A stretch of 64,000 nt of DNA from an uncultured Actinomycetota bacterium (GCA_964610315.1 CAZSVM010000012.1:4089-68088), one strand, 5' to 3'. Positions 10,226 to 22,027 are shown, numbered from the stretch's first letter. Numbers and translations: made by a program. Notes: a model not told the origin generated them from the letters alone.

Positions 10226-10735
10226 TTATCCGTTGATAAAATTTAAATAGTAATTTCTTACCTTAACAAAGAGATCGGGATTTTCTTTTTGAAGAACCTG
10301 AAATATTTTTTCATCTATTAATTTCAGATTGTTTATGCTTTTACGAAAAGCTTCTATTAAAAAATAAATTACATCTTTATCCTTCTTATCGATAGAGTCA
10401 ATTAATTTTTGAAAATCTTCTTTTTTCTTTTCAATCTTTTTTTTATTTTCCTCTATATCTTCATAGTCCTTCTTACTGAGGCACCCGCCGCACCAGTCAA
10501 GGCAGCTCTCATCCTCACCACTGAAGATCAACCTGCCATTTTTATATTCTATTATCTCCGGGTTAACTTTAAATACATTGGCATGGCATCTTGGACATTT
10601 TACTTTTTTCTCATCGGCAAAAAACTCTAACTCATATCCACACCGGGGACAGGGTATGATATTGGTTTTAAAATTTTTTAAGTACGCCGTATCTTGTCCC
10701 GGACAGCCCGCTTTTAGTTTTGGCATAATTATCAA
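10226..10735 (-). CDS. Zinc-ribbon protein with lysine-rich coiled-coil C-terminus, function unknown
   Basis: CPRCGYELEFF...KCPRCHANVF and CLDWCGGC cysteine pairs; K/E-rich helical tail; 169 aa. Confidence 0.5.
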   Translation of the reverse strand: MIIMPKLKAGCPGQDTAYLKNFKTNIIPCPRCGYELEFFADEKKVKCPRCHANVFKVNPEIIEYKNGRLIFSGEDESCLDWCGGCLSKKDYEDIEENKKKIEKKKEDFQKLIDSIDKKDKDVIYFLIEAFRKSINNLKLIDEKIFQVLQKENPDLFVKVRNYYLNFING

Positions 10736-10848
10736 CCTTTTTAATAATATTTACCTCAAACATTTGTACTTTATAATTTAACATTATATATAACTGTATA
10801 GAGTTTTAAAATATAAAGGGAACTTACCACAGCCCATGCACCTTTTTT

Positions 10849-11970
10849 TCAATTGACTTTATATATCCTGACCAGGCTCGCTTCCGGCTGGCAGTAAAAT
10901 CTAAACGGTGAATATTTTCCCTCTCCCAGTCCTCTGGTTACATAAAGAACTATATTTTTAAAATAAAAAAGACCGGATGCAAATTTTGCTTTTATTTTAC
11001 ACCCCGATATTATTGCTCCAATCAACGGAAATCTAATCTGACCCCCATGAGTATGCCCACAAAATATGATATCGACTTTTTTCTTCACCAGATTGATTAT
11101 CGAATCAGCATCAGGAGTATGTATAAGTACTATGCGCAGTTTACCTCTTTCATTCATCTCGTGTATTTTTTCCTTTTTTAACTTAAATACATCTTTATAG
11201 ATATCCTTATAATTAAATCCTTTCCACAGGGGCAAATCATTATCTCTGGATCGAAAATCAGAAAATGCTTTATCTATATCGATTTTATCTATTATAGGGT
11301 CATCCAATCCGATAATCCAGATACCGCCTATACCGCTATGTCCAGGCTGGAGTTGAAGCAATTTGCTCTCATTCATCAGAACCTCAATATCAATATCTTT
11401 TAACCTTTGAGCTAGGTATGAAATATCATTTCCTTTTTTATACACCCGTTTTCTTTTAAACATATTTTTTATAAACTCAGTAACTGCCTTATCATAATGA
11501 TCATGCACTCCAAAAACAGCATATTTACCTAATTTTGCCTGTAAAGGAGAAAGCATACCAGTAAGATAATCTATATCATCATTGCCTCCTAAAAGGTCGC
11601 CAGTAATGAAAATAAGATCCGGGTTTAATGAGGATAAATTTCGGACAAATTTAAATAATCTTTTACCCTTGAAATTTCTTCTCAGATGAAAATCAGACAG
11701 ATGCAGGATAGTTAGAATCGGTTTACCAGCAGGTTTATCTAATTTGTCGCTGCTGGTTTTTTCGGATATGTTTTGTTTTGAAAAGTTACCCCGGGATAGA
11801 TTATCTTGTGCTTTGCTGCCCTGCAGCATGCTGTTTTGAGGCTGGTTTTTCCTTATGAATATATCCACTTCCGACAATCTAAAATTTGTGGGTTCATATA
11901 AGAATGCATACAGAAACAGCAATATAGTTGCAACTGCTATTACCGGAAATATATAGATAATCCACAGCAT
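10849..11970 (-). CDS. Membrane-anchored metallophosphoesterase (calcineurin-like)
   Basis: N-terminal TM helix, then LHLSDFH, GDLLGG, GHTHGGQ metallophosphatase motifs; 373 aa. Confidence 0.75.
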   Translation of the reverse strand: MLWIIYIFPVIAVATILLFLYAFLYEPTNFRLSEVDIFIRKNQPQNSMLQGSKAQDNLSRGNFSKQNISEKTSSDKLDKPAGKPILTILHLSDFHLRRNFKGKRLFKFVRNLSSLNPDLIFITGDLLGGNDDIDYLTGMLSPLQAKLGKYAVFGVHDHYDKAVTEFIKNMFKRKRVYKKGNDISYLAQRLKDIDIEVLMNESKLLQLQPGHSGIGGIWIIGLDDPIIDKIDIDKAFSDFRSRDNDLPLWKGFNYKDIYKDVFKLKKEKIHEMNERGKLRIVLIHTPDADSIINLVKKKVDIIFCGHTHGGQIRFPLIGAIISGCKIKAKFASGLFYFKNIVLYVTRGLGEGKYSPFRFYCQPEASLVRIYKVN

Positions 11971-12088
11971 TGTTTATTTTCTTCTCTCTATTCTCTATAT
12001 AAAAATAATCAGTTAAAAATCTATAAGATAATACCACAAATTTTCTATAATTTAACTCTTAAATTTAAACCAGGCTTAATTAAATAAT

Positions 12089-12152
12089 TGACATAATGAA
12101 TAATGCATATTAATATTATTAATATTAATATATTATTAATATTCTCGCTGAC
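12089..12152 (+). promoter_or_regulatory. Candidate sigma-A promoter (TTGACA-17-TAATAT) overlapped by tandem ATTAATATT repeats (probable VapB operator)
   Basis: TTGACA at 12089-12094, TAATAT at 12112-12117, followed by repeated TAATATTATTAATATTAATATATTATTAATATT up to the vapB start codon. Confidence 0.35.
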
Positions 12153-12161
12153 ATAGAAGAG

Positions 12162-12407
12162 GTGCACATAATGGATAAAGAAAGAACATCAATACTCCTG
12201 GATAAGGACGTTATGTTAAAACTAAAAAGCCTGGCTAAAGTTTCTAATAGATCTACTTCTTTTATAATTAGAGAGGCAGTTAGTGAATATGTTGCCAAAA
12301 AAGTACCAGAGACAAAAATCAACATAATTGGAATTGTTGATAGCGGCGATCCTCATTTTGCTGAAAATGATGAAGAATATCTAAAGAAAAGTTTTGGAAA
12401 GGATTGA
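12162..12407 (+). CDS. vapB: Ribbon-helix-helix (CopG-like) antitoxin
   Basis: 81 aa, N-terminal RHH-like segment; overlaps the downstream PIN gene by 14 nt. Confidence 0.65.
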   Translation: MHIMDKERTSILLDKDVMLKLKSLAKVSNRSTSFIIREAVSEYVAKKVPETKINIIGIVDSGDPHFAENDEEYLKKSFGKD

Positions 12408-12822
12408 AATGCAAATCATTTTAGATACCAGTGCTGTTATTGGTTTAATGGACAAAAAATATAAAAAGCATGAAGATTTAAAAAAAATATTTGTAGAAAA
12501 AGATAATTTACATATTCTACCTTCTACTACTATTGGTGAGATATGTTATATGTTAAATAGTAGATTCGGAAGTAAAATAGAACTTATTTTTCTGCAAGAA
12601 ATTATAAAGACCAGTTTCCAGTTAGAAATATTAAAAGATGAAGATATTATAAGAATAATAGAAATATTAAAAAAGTATGAGACTCTAAATATTGGTTATG
12701 TGGATGCCTCTATTGTTGCCATAGCCGAGCGGCTTAAAATTAATAAAATTCTTACCCTGGATAGAAAGCATTTTGAATTAATTGCGCCGAAAGGATTTGA
12801 CTTCTTTGATATATTGATATGA
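12394..12822 (+). CDS. vapC: PIN-domain toxin VapC
   Basis: 142 aa, N-terminal ILDTSAVIG (first PIN acidic residue), later ...DAS... acidic positions. Confidence 0.7.
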   Translation: MERIEMQIILDTSAVIGLMDKKYKKHEDLKKIFVEKDNLHILPSTTIGEICYMLNSRFGSKIELIFLQEIIKTSFQLEILKDEDIIRIIEILKKYETLNIGYVDASIVAIAERLKINKILTLDRKHFELIAPKGFDFFDILI

Positions 12823-12962
12823 AATTCCTTAGAGTTTGGTGTAAGTTTTTCTTAAAATATAAAAGTAAAGATTAAGTTACCTTAATCTTTTAAAATATTC
12901 TTTTTTTATTAAAAAAGACAGTAATAAAAATTCTATATTTTAACATAAGGAAAAGGATAGAA

Positions 12963-13853
12963 ATGGTTCTGTTGGTTGGCGCTACCGATTTTCTAGGACC
13001 TCCGGTACTGGAAAAATTATTGAAAAAAGGTTATGAAGTAAGCTGCCTGGTAAGGACATCAAGCGATGCTTCAAAACTGGAGGATACGGCGGGAAAAACA
13101 GGTGAAAAGGTTACATTCGGTACCGGCACCCTGCAGAGTGCCGATTCCATAATCTCAATTTTAAAAAAGACGGAAAGCGCAGTTTATATGGTTGATCTTG
13201 AGTACACCAACCTTCTGAAAAACTTTCTGGATGCAGCCAGGCGCACCGGGTTGAAAAGAGTCGTTTTTATAAGTTCCACCACAGTGTTAATTCCTCTGGA
13301 GAGTAGAGTAAAGGACCAAAAAACAAACTCCGAAAATCTGATAAAAAGTTCGGGGCTGGATTACACCATATTAAGACCTTCTATGATTTACGGCTCGAAA
13401 GATGATAATAATTTTTCAAAAATGATTGAATTTATAAAAAGGAGAGGATTTTTTGTAACCTTTGGGAGGGGGAACAATTTAATTCAGCCCATATATATCG
13501 GAGATGTGGCCGGTGCCGTTACCTGTATTCTTGATAATAAGAAAACTTACCGTAAAACTTATAATATAGCTGGTAGAAATCCGGTAAAATATAATAAGAT
13601 GCTGGAAATGGTGAGGTTCAAACTAAACAAACAGTTCAAGGTAATAAAGGTTCCTCTTAGGTTGGGTAGATTTTTAATTTCCATTTATGCCCGAATCTCC
13701 AAAAATCCCTCTCTGGTTCCCAGCCAGATAGATAGAATGGGCGTGGATAAGGCGTACTTGTATAAGGAAGCTGCTGCTGATTTCGACTTTGCTCCCACAA
13801 GCCTTGAAGTGGGTCTGGAAAAACTAATAGAAGAATTAGGCAGTAACCGATAA
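12963..13853 (+). CDS. NAD(P)-binding NmrA/epimerase-like protein
   Basis: N-terminal GATDFLG Rossmann motif; 296 aa; atypical SDR family. Confidence 0.6.
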   Translation: MVLLVGATDFLGPPVLEKLLKKGYEVSCLVRTSSDASKLEDTAGKTGEKVTFGTGTLQSADSIISILKKTESAVYMVDLEYTNLLKNFLDAARRTGLKRVVFISSTTVLIPLESRVKDQKTNSENLIKSSGLDYTILRPSMIYGSKDDNNFSKMIEFIKRRGFFVTFGRGNNLIQPIYIGDVAGAVTCILDNKKTYRKTYNIAGRNPVKYNKMLEMVRFKLNKQFKVIKVPLRLGRFLISIYARISKNPSLVPSQIDRMGVDKAYLYKEAAADFDFAPTSLEVGLEKLIEELGSNR

Positions 13854-13879
13854 TTAAAGATAAATTAAAAAATATTTCT

Positions 13880-14452
13880 TCATCTTGCGCCTTTGCCGCT
13901 AATTGCCGCTTTTACCGTAACTAAAATTATCTTTAAATCCAGCCATATGGAAGCATCTTTTATGTATAATTGGTCATACATAACCTTATCCGGAATGGAA
14001 AGTTCATCTCTTCCGCTTATCTGCGCCAGCCCGGTTACTCCGGGCTTGAACTTATCCACCCCTTTTTCTTTCCGCAGTCTTATAAGCAGTTCCTGATTAT
14101 ATAAGGCCGGCCTGGGCCCTACAAAACTCATTTCTCCTTTTAATATATTTACCAGCTGGGGAATTTCATCGATACTTAATCTCCTTAGAGTTTTCCCCAC
14201 CCTGGTGTTCAGTCGGCTACAGCCCATCAATCTATCGGTTGGTATATCGGGAGTACCCTCTTTCATGGTTCTGAATTTGAAAATTGTAAAATACCTGCTG
14301 TTTATACCCACTCTTTTTTGTTTGAATATTACACTTCCCCGGGAATCAACTACAATAACTAAAGGAATAATAATCCAGAGGGGAATAAAAAGCACTATTA
14401 GAATAATTGACAGTACCACATCAAAAATTCTTTTTGCAACTTTGTAAAGCAT
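13880..14452 (-). CDS. Small phosphoglycosyltransferase (PglC/WbaP C-terminal domain type), undecaprenyl-phosphate sugar-1-phosphate transferase
   Basis: 190 aa; single re-entrant N-terminal helix then conserved bacterial sugar transferase core (SVIFKQKRVGINSRYFTIFKFRTM...PRPALYNQ). Confidence 0.8.
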   Translation of the reverse strand: MLYKVAKRIFDVVLSIILIVLFIPLWIIIPLVIVVDSRGSVIFKQKRVGINSRYFTIFKFRTMKEGTPDIPTDRLMGCSRLNTRVGKTLRRLSIDEIPQLVNILKGEMSFVGPRPALYNQELLIRLRKEKGVDKFKPGVTGLAQISGRDELSIPDKVMYDQLYIKDASIWLDLKIILVTVKAAISGKGAR

Positions 14453-14475
14453 AGGCTGTATAAACTTGTTTCCCG

Positions 14476-16398
14476 CTATTCATATAATCTAGGCCACATT
14501 TTATTTTCATTGAAATCCGGGGTAATTTTTTTCAAATCCCTGAACAGATTTTTATAATCATCAACCTGGATCTCTTTTTCAATATTGAACAATATGTTAA
14601 TTATCTCATCCTTGTCTAAACCATTTACTTTACCATTGTTTCTGGCTTCATATATGTGCTTGTATTCGGTGGCAACCAGTTCCTCCTCTTCACTCACCAG
14701 TTCCTCGTCAATTTTTTCTCCGTCCCTTGGGCCGGTGTATTTTATCTCGATATCCTTGCCCGGTTCCATTCCATAAATTCTTATTATGTTTTTTGCCAGG
14801 TCCAGTATATTTATGGGTTCCCCCATGTCCAGCACAAATATTTCTCCTCCCTTTCCCATTATGCAGGCTTGTATAACCAGCTGGGAGGCTTCCGGTATGG
14901 TCATAAAATATCTTTTCATATCGGGATGAGTTACCCTTACCGGACCGCCAGATTGAATCTGTTCTTTAAAAAGGGGAACCACACTCCCCATACTCCCCAG
15001 AACATTTCCAAATCTCACGATCATAAAGCGAGTGTTCCTGATCCTGGATAAAGACTGTAGATACTTTTCGGAAAGTAATTTAGATATTCCCATCACATTT
15101 CTGGGTTTTACCGCCTTATCGGTGGAAAGCATAACGAACCTTTTAACTCCAAATTCAATGGAAAGTTTAGCCAGTATTTTAGTACCCAGATAGTTATTTA
15201 AAATAGCAGCCTTCGGATTGAGCTGCATTAAGGGTACGTGCTTATAGGCAGCGGCATGAAATAGTATATCCGGTTTATACTTTCTAAAAACGCTCCTTAA
15301 AGCCTGCTTATCCCTTATGTCCACCACTACCGGAACTGTCGAAATAAACCCAAATTTATTATCAAGCTCCTCCAGTATTAAAAATAAATTATTTTCAGAG
15401 TGATCTACCAGTATTATTTTTTCCGGCTTAAATCTTATTATCTGCCTGCATATTTCTGAACCTATGGAACCTCCTGCCCCGGTAACCAGAATAACCTTGC
15501 TTTTTATTTCAGATACTATTTCAGGAATTTTTATGTCTATAACCTCTCTTCCCAGAATATCTTCGATTTCTATATCTCTTACCTGGTAAAGATATACTTT
15601 TCCATCAATTACCTCATACAAACTGGGTAAAGTTTTGCAGTTTACTCCGGATTCCCTGGCTCTTACCGCTACTTCTTTCCTTATACTACCGGAAGCCGAG
15701 GGCATGGCTATTATAACTTCATCAATGGAATAATCCTTGATTATATTTTCCATTTTAGATATGGATCCCAGAACGCTGATCCCGTGTATTTTATTTCTTA
15801 TTTTTGAATAATCATCATCTAGAAACCCAACAGGCATATATTCACTATTCTTTTGTCTGATCATTTCGCGGACAATCATTTCTCCGGCATCGCCAGCTCC
15901 CACAATCAACACCCGTTTCTTTCTGGTACTTAGATTGCCAAATTTCAATTCATTAAAAAATCTCTCTGAAAACTTGGAAATTATTATAAGAATAAGGGTT
16001 AAAAGATAATCAATTATAAATATACTTCTGGGGAAAAACGGAAAAGAAAAATTTATATTAAGACCAAAAACAGATATTGGATAACTCATGATATAGAAAA
16101 TAACCGCCAGAACTACTGAACCCAGAGTAATAGATTCGATTATAGCTAACATATCCTTTAATGAAGCATACTTCCAGACCCTTCTGTAAGTCCCAAACAA
16201 CCATAACATGAGGATTTTAACTACAATTACAATAACCACATACCAGATCATAGATTTGGAATATTGTGAAAAAAGACCGGCGCTGTCTATTAAACCTATC
16301 TGGCCCCTTAAAAAAAAGGAAATTACAAACGATGAAAATATTATTAAGGCATCAAATGCTACCTGTCTTATTATTTTAAAAACAGACCTGTTTTTCAT
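14476..16398 (-). CDS. Membrane-bound UDP-N-acetylglucosamine 4,6-dehydratase (PglF/CapD/WbpM family)
   Basis: 640 aa; four N-terminal TM helices, two Rossmann-like regions (VGAGDAGEM; VTGAGGSIGSE) and CapD-type dehydratase core. Confidence 0.8.
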   Translation of the reverse strand: MKNRSVFKIIRQVAFDALIIFSSFVISFFLRGQIGLIDSAGLFSQYSKSMIWYVVIVIVVKILMLWLFGTYRRVWKYASLKDMLAIIESITLGSVVLAVIFYIMSYPISVFGLNINFSFPFFPRSIFIIDYLLTLILIIISKFSERFFNELKFGNLSTRKKRVLIVGAGDAGEMIVREMIRQKNSEYMPVGFLDDDYSKIRNKIHGISVLGSISKMENIIKDYSIDEVIIAMPSASGSIRKEVAVRARESGVNCKTLPSLYEVIDGKVYLYQVRDIEIEDILGREVIDIKIPEIVSEIKSKVILVTGAGGSIGSEICRQIIRFKPEKIILVDHSENNLFLILEELDNKFGFISTVPVVVDIRDKQALRSVFRKYKPDILFHAAAYKHVPLMQLNPKAAILNNYLGTKILAKLSIEFGVKRFVMLSTDKAVKPRNVMGISKLLSEKYLQSLSRIRNTRFMIVRFGNVLGSMGSVVPLFKEQIQSGGPVRVTHPDMKRYFMTIPEASQLVIQACIMGKGGEIFVLDMGEPINILDLAKNIIRIYGMEPGKDIEIKYTGPRDGEKIDEELVSEEEELVATEYKHIYEARNNGKVNGLDKDEIINILFNIEKEIQVDDYKNLFRDLKKITPDFNENKMWPRLYE

Positions 16399-16435
16399 TG
16401 ACTCACTTCAAAGCTAAAGCATAATAATATAAAAC

Positions 16436-18523
16436 CTACTTTATAATATCGCTATAATCTTCTCCTATTATCAATATCAAATCTGCATCAGTCTTATAAA
16501 AATCCCAGGTTTTATTATATTCGTAAATCTCCAAATTATCAAAAACCATTGCCAGTTGCTCAGCTTTTTCTCTGGAATCTTTATTATATATAATTATGCT
16601 TTTCTTAAAATCAAAATTCTCTGCATTGGACAGAGCATATATTCTAAAACCAAAACTCTCCAGATATTTCTCAATTTCACCGGCAGCACCGATTACACCA
16701 TTACCGTTAAATATTTTTACTTTTGTTTTTCTGGCAATGGTCCTGTCTACAATCTTACCTACATCTATATTCACTTCCAGTGGTATTACACCCTTTTCTG
16801 AAAACCAGGTAACTCTCTCATGTACCATATCGTATTGTAGAGTATACCTCCCAGCCTTATCAGGTGCTTTTATTTTCATTTTTACCTCAGTTTCCTGGCC
16901 ATAAGAAATATTAGTGGGAAGAAGCCCCCTGTCACCATCCCATATAACCACCTCTCCGGTGTCTCTATTAATCCAGTGTGTTCCCAGATCTACTCTTTCT
17001 CCTCCTAAAAATTCCCAGATTAGAAACCCGGTATTTTTTACTTTAACAGTAACTTCGAACTCCTCACCCGCATCCAGATAATTGGGGGTTTTTCCCTCAT
17101 CATCATATTCGGCACCGTAAGAGACATCAACCGATATAAATTTCTCCAGAGGGGGAACTCCCTGAAAAGAAAACCAGGTTACCCCTTCCTGTACCAGATC
17201 TATCTGCAAAATATATTCCCCCGGCTCGGAAGGAGATATTACGGTTAGATCAAAAATTACCTCATCGCCCACATTAACTCCATCCTGAAATATAATGCTT
17301 CTCTTCCCGTCAAAAACTACCATTTTTTTACTATTAAAATCTATCCAGTGATAGCCAAGATAAACCGGATTATCGCCATTTTTATTCCACTGGAGAGCAC
17401 CAGTATTCTTTACTTTTATCTTAAATTTGTATTCGGTGTTCTGGGTCATTAAATCTGTTATTTCATCCACCTCCGTATATTCTGCATTATATTTGCTGGC
17501 TGGTTCCCCGTTTATAATTCTCTGCCACATAGCTCTGGCTTCTTCGGTATCCGGAATCTGGACACTAATAGTTCCCTCATTTATCCAGTCCGAATGAGAG
17601 GGTATAATAGCTGTTTCAAAATTTTCGGAATTAAAGGACAGGACCGCTTTTGAATATTTAAGGATGGTTAAAATATCAAGATCCGTTCTTGTATTTTCGG
17701 CCAGAATATTAAAATAGTAAGGGACACTGGATAAATATTTAATATTTAACTTTTGGTTTATCAGTTCTCTAAATAACTGCTGCTGCCTCTGAATTCTGCC
17801 GATATCCCCCAGTTCCGTGGATCTGCTTCTGGTATATGATAAGGCTTGCTCTCCTGTAAGATGGTGATTACCGACAGAAAAATTAGCCCCGCTCTTGGGA
17901 TCAACCATAGGTCTGCCAATAGTAATATCTACACCGCCCAGGGCATCAATTAATTCCACAAACCCATCAAAATCAAGGGTTACATAATGATTTACTTCAG
18001 CTCCCAGAAAGGAGTTGATCGTTTTTATCATAAGCTCTTCCCCGCCATAAGCATAGGCAGCGTTTATTTTGTCCTCTCCGTGATCCGGAATTTCAACCAG
18101 GCAGTCTCTGGGAATGGAGAGGACACTGCAGGTATTTCTTTCAGGATTTAAATAAACCAGCATTATAATATCGGCTCTACCTGCATCATTTTCTGCATCT
18201 CTGGTATCCCGTCCCAATATCAGGACGGTAACCGGATCCTCCGGTGATTCTATGGGAGCAAGCATACTTTCAATTTCCGCAGTGGTGCCTAAATTTATGG
18301 TCCTGTTTATCGAATGTATATAATAAAAGAAACCACCCGTACCTATGCCGCCAATAAAAATCAGGGAAGATAATACTATTATTATTACTCTTATATATAA
18401 AGGTAATTTTTTAAATCCCTTACCGGTTATTTTTTTCTTTACATTTTTTTCTACATTGATTTTATTTCCCGCATTGCTTCCATTTTTCGGTTTATTTTTA
18501 TTTTCTTGTTTATCTTTTCTCAT
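16436..18523 (-). CDS. LytR-CpsA-Psr (LCP) family glycopolymer ligase with inserted tandem Ig-like repeats and LytR_C domain
   Basis: N-terminal TM, LCP core (LGRDTRD...RADIIMLV...SIPRD), two ~105-aa W-rich repeats (NPVYLGYHWIDF.. / RVDLGTHWINRD..), C-terminal LytR_C-like domain (KVKIFNGNGVIGAAGE). Confidence 0.8.
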   Translation of the reverse strand: MRKDKQENKNKPKNGSNAGNKINVEKNVKKKITGKGFKKLPLYIRVIIIVLSSLIFIGGIGTGGFFYYIHSINRTINLGTTAEIESMLAPIESPEDPVTVLILGRDTRDAENDAGRADIIMLVYLNPERNTCSVLSIPRDCLVEIPDHGEDKINAAYAYGGEELMIKTINSFLGAEVNHYVTLDFDGFVELIDALGGVDITIGRPMVDPKSGANFSVGNHHLTGEQALSYTRSRSTELGDIGRIQRQQQLFRELINQKLNIKYLSSVPYYFNILAENTRTDLDILTILKYSKAVLSFNSENFETAIIPSHSDWINEGTISVQIPDTEEARAMWQRIINGEPASKYNAEYTEVDEITDLMTQNTEYKFKIKVKNTGALQWNKNGDNPVYLGYHWIDFNSKKMVVFDGKRSIIFQDGVNVGDEVIFDLTVISPSEPGEYILQIDLVQEGVTWFSFQGVPPLEKFISVDVSYGAEYDDEGKTPNYLDAGEEFEVTVKVKNTGFLIWEFLGGERVDLGTHWINRDTGEVVIWDGDRGLLPTNISYGQETEVKMKIKAPDKAGRYTLQYDMVHERVTWFSEKGVIPLEVNIDVGKIVDRTIARKTKVKIFNGNGVIGAAGEIEKYLESFGFRIYALSNAENFDFKKSIIIYNKDSREKAEQLAMVFDNLEIYEYNKTWDFYKTDADLILIIGEDYSDIIK

Positions 18524-18584
18524 TTATATTAATTCAGGTAATAAATTTCCCAATGGACATTAATAAAATAATATTAAATATAGC

Positions 18585-19865
18585 TTATTCCACTATTTTT
18601 ATATCCGCCCCCAATAAGCGTAACTTTTCCTCAAAATCCTCATAACCTCTTTTTATATGATATATATCGCTTACTTCCGTAGACCCTTCGGCTACCAGGC
18701 CTGCCAGTACCATAGCTGCACCGGCCCGGAGATCAAATGACCTCACCGGAGCTCCTGATAATTTATCAACTCCTTTTATAATCGCATGGTGGCTATCAAT
18801 TTTTACATTGGCTCCCATTCTGTTTAGCTCATCCACATACATAAACCTGTTTTCGAATACATTTTCGGTTACTATAGATATTCCCGGAACAGTAGATAGA
18901 AGAACCGTAATTATGGGCTGCAGGTCGGTGGGAAAACCGGGATAGGGAAGGGTACTTATATTTACCGGCTTATAGATACCGGCAGGGCTGTTTACTTTTA
19001 TATTGTTCTCATCCATAACCGTAATATTGGCACCCATTTCTTTTAACTTAAAATAAAACACTTCAAGATTCTTCCATTTTGCATTCTCAATTTCTACTCT
19101 GTCTCCGCACAAAGCTGCTGCCGTAATAAAAGTACCTGCTTCGATACTGTCAGGCATAATTTTATAATCTGTTCCTTTAAGATTTTTGGTACCGCTTATG
19201 GTAATACAATCAGTCCCTGCTCCCCGGATGTTTGCACCCATCGAATTCAAAAAACAGGCCAGATCTACTATTTCCGGCTCCCTTGCTGCATTATTTATAA
19301 TGGTCCGGCCTTTTGCAAGACAGGCGGCCATCATTATATTTTCGGTAGCCCCTCTGGAAGGAAAATCAAGATCCATTACAGCGCCGCAAAGTCTGGCTCC
19401 GTTTTGGTTACTGGAGATATGGCAGTTAATATATCCGTGCTCCAGTGAATACTCAGCCCCTAAATCTTTAAAGCCTTTCAAGTGAAGATCAATTTGTCTG
19501 GAACCAATATTACAACCTCCGGGAATGGCCACTTTAACCTTACCAAACTTACTTAATAATGGTCCGGCCACCAGTATGGAGGCCCTCATCTTTCTAACCA
19601 GTTCATAAGGCGCTTCATAACTGTTAATACTTTCCGGATTAATTTCGATTACTTTACTTTTCCCATTCACATTTACTTCGGCACCAAGGTTCCTGAGTAC
19701 TTCTATCATAATGCTGACATCTTCGATTGCCGGTACATTCCTCAGTATGGTTTTGCTATCTGCCAGTATGGAAGCCGCTATTAGCTTTAATGCGGAATTC
19801 TTGGCACCGCTTATTTTAACTTTTCCGGACAGTGTCTTTCCACCGTTTATAACAAATTTTTCCAT
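18585..19865 (-). CDS. murA: UDP-N-acetylglucosamine 1-carboxyvinyltransferase
   Basis: 426 aa MurA sequence throughout; strong AGGAGG RBS upstream of ATG. Confidence 0.9.
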   Translation of the reverse strand: MEKFVINGGKTLSGKVKISGAKNSALKLIAASILADSKTILRNVPAIEDVSIMIEVLRNLGAEVNVNGKSKVIEINPESINSYEAPYELVRKMRASILVAGPLLSKFGKVKVAIPGGCNIGSRQIDLHLKGFKDLGAEYSLEHGYINCHISSNQNGARLCGAVMDLDFPSRGATENIMMAACLAKGRTIINNAAREPEIVDLACFLNSMGANIRGAGTDCITISGTKNLKGTDYKIMPDSIEAGTFITAAALCGDRVEIENAKWKNLEVFYFKLKEMGANITVMDENNIKVNSPAGIYKPVNISTLPYPGFPTDLQPIITVLLSTVPGISIVTENVFENRFMYVDELNRMGANVKIDSHHAIIKGVDKLSGAPVRSFDLRAGAAMVLAGLVAEGSTEVSDIYHIKRGYEDFEEKLRLLGADIKIVE

Positions 19866-19965
19866 AAGAGAGATTTCCTCCTAGCAAAAAGTAAAGGCTA
19901 TTATAACAAATAAAGGTGAATTAAAAAACAACAGTGTTCCGCTCCCCACGAGTTTGATACGTACT

Positions 19966-20352
19966 TTATTTCCTGAGGGTTTTTAGAGATGCTATAGCTC
20001 TGGCTACCTTCTTTGTTTCTTCTGTAACTTCCTGTATTATCTTGTGTTCTTCTTTTAATTTATCTATGGTTTCCTTTTGCTTCTCGACTGTTGTAATTAT
20101 TGCTCTTGCAGTCAGGATATTTGCTTTATTATATAAAAAATCCAGATAACCCCCTTCTATACCTATATACTCAGACCCTTTTTCGTTAACTATTTTCACT
20201 ATGCCTATTCCCAGCTGGGTAACGATAGGTAAATGCCCCGGTAATATACCCATGGAGCCGGTTACGGCCGGAATGACTATAGAATCAATTTCTCCCTCAT
20301 AAATCTGTTCCTCAGGGGTCACTATGCTTAAATTTATTTTCTTTTCCGGCAT
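19966..20352 (-). CDS. atpC: F-type ATP synthase epsilon subunit
   Basis: 128 aa, N-terminal beta-sandwich plus C-terminal helices; last gene of the atp operon. Confidence 0.85.
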   Translation of the reverse strand: MPEKKINLSIVTPEEQIYEGEIDSIVIPAVTGSMGILPGHLPIVTQLGIGIVKIVNEKGSEYIGIEGGYLDFLYNKANILTARAIITTVEKQKETIDKLKEEHKIIQEVTEETKKVARAIASLKTLRK

Positions 20353-20426
20353 AATTAATCACTTCCTGAACTAATTTTGCATAGATTTTATATATGCATT
20401 TCCCGATTCATTAACTCTCACTGTTA

Positions 20427-21959
<1,533 letters not shown>

Positions 21960-22027
21960 CTAACTCTCCTTTTACAGCCAATTTTTTCCAAAAAAATATA
22001 TATTTTTAGCCTTGAACTTAAATTTTT

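Noticed and set aside
12108-12152. Possible CRISPR-like or other repeat array
   Set aside because: Only about 45 nt of AT-only ATTAATATT repeats sit directly on a promoter. There are no spacers and no cas genes anywhere in the window, so it is more plausibly an operator.
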